Shown: piece after piece, positions 63,719-64,000 of the stretch
Position numbering within the stretch: the stretch's first letter is position 1
How the letters are laid out: the number at the start of each line of letters is the position of its first letter
Assembly (NCBI GenBank): GCA_041650415.1
Contig: JBAZLC010000002.1
Coordinates: 6,896 to 70,895, forward strand
Length of the DNA stretch: 64,000 nucleotides
Reading direction: 5' to 3'
Origin: Minisyncoccota bacterium
Lineage (GTDB): Bacteria; Patescibacteriota; Minisyncoccia; UBA6257; UBA9933
Program-made: the position numbers and the translations under genes
The notes under the pieces: model-generated
The model's database searches: none
The model's input: the letters and a program-made list of their open reading frames with translations, nothing else
Told to the model about the DNA's origin: nothing

Positions 63719-64000
63719 TTAAACTATGATAACGACCGGTAAAATCATCGGCCTTCTCTTAGTTTTATTATACAAGAATTGTCCGATTTGGTCTCTAATC
63801 AGAGATTTTAAGTAATCGGTGTCTATTTGCTGGTGTCTGGGAATCCTGCCAACCAAAGCCCTGATGTATTTTCTCAAGTCCTCAACAAAATCTTTGCTCT
63901 CGCGCAAATGAATGAATCCGCGGGAAATAATATCGGGGTTCTTAAGGAATTGGCCGGTTCTACGGTCAAGTGTGGTGATTACCACCACCATTCCCTCTTC
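63719..64000 (-). CDS. rnj: ribonuclease J, C-terminal fragment (gene continues beyond the window end)
   Basis: C-terminal domain pattern IISRGFIHLRESKDFVED...KTKRRPMILPVVIIV, as in RNase J1 (...RRPMILPIIME). No in-window start. Confidence 0.7.
   Translation of the reverse strand, partial: EEGMVVVITTLDRRTGQFLKNPDIISRGFIHLRESKDFVEDLRKYIRALVGRIPRHQQIDTDYLKSLIRDQIGQFLYNKTKRRPMILPVVIIV

Overview
This is a 64 kb AT-rich window (roughly 36-38% GC by eye) with very high coding density and a strong minus-strand gene bias. Gene content fits a small-genome, Candidate-Phyla-Radiation/Patescibacteria-like bacterium: many small membrane proteins, a type IV pilus (T4P)/competence toolkit, pilins with LamG domains, reduced metabolism. 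The taxonomic assignment is inference only. Blocks from left to right are as follows. (1) 0.3-4.6 kb: two ICMT/PEMT-family membrane methyltransferases, an Lnt-like N-acyltransferase and a PaaK-like adenylating enzyme. (2) 4.6-14.5 kb: a complete T4P locus (pilM-N-O-B-T-C, major pilin, pilD, minor pilins). (3) comFC, DUF1003, tgt, an M50 protease, rpmB-tRNA-Pro, tRNA-Gly, trxB plus a glutaredoxin-like gene. (4) A MacAB-like ABC efflux operon plus a DUF362 gene. (5) A cluster of cupin, nucleotidyltransferase, hemerythrin, DUF192, DUF378 and TspO genes. (6) holA-like and fpg. (7) 29-42 kb: the most interesting region, a putative type IV secretion system (T4SS)-like operon resembling the MPF-FATA/Gram-positive mating-pair-formation architecture. 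It holds a VirB4 ATPase split at an A8 homopolymer, VirB3-like and VirB6-like membrane proteins, a VirB2-like/M15 peptidase fusion and secreted proteins, plus an orphan histidine kinase. No relaxase or coupling protein is visible. (8) An 804-aa UbiA-prenyltransferase fusion protein. (9) Housekeeping genes: ksgA, comM, dksA/traR, rplS, tRNA-Leu x2, rluA, parAB, rel, topA, dprA. (10) tRNA-Ile, tktAB, rpiB, gap, a SpoU/TrmL methyltransferase, a LamG pilin, trpS and a partial rnj. Four further observations cut across these blocks. An in-frame CA-rich motif encoding (Q)TTNN(K)Q recurs in six unrelated genes. GC-rich structured islands sharing GTCCCGC...GGGACGA units occur in an intergenic region and inside parB. 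Fragments of tRNA genes are duplicated next to tRNA-Leu(GAG) and tRNA-Ile. The tRNA-Gly has an atypical T-loop. Gene boundaries come from the ORF track, and several track starts are TTG or overlap tRNAs; I adjusted those where the sequence supports it.
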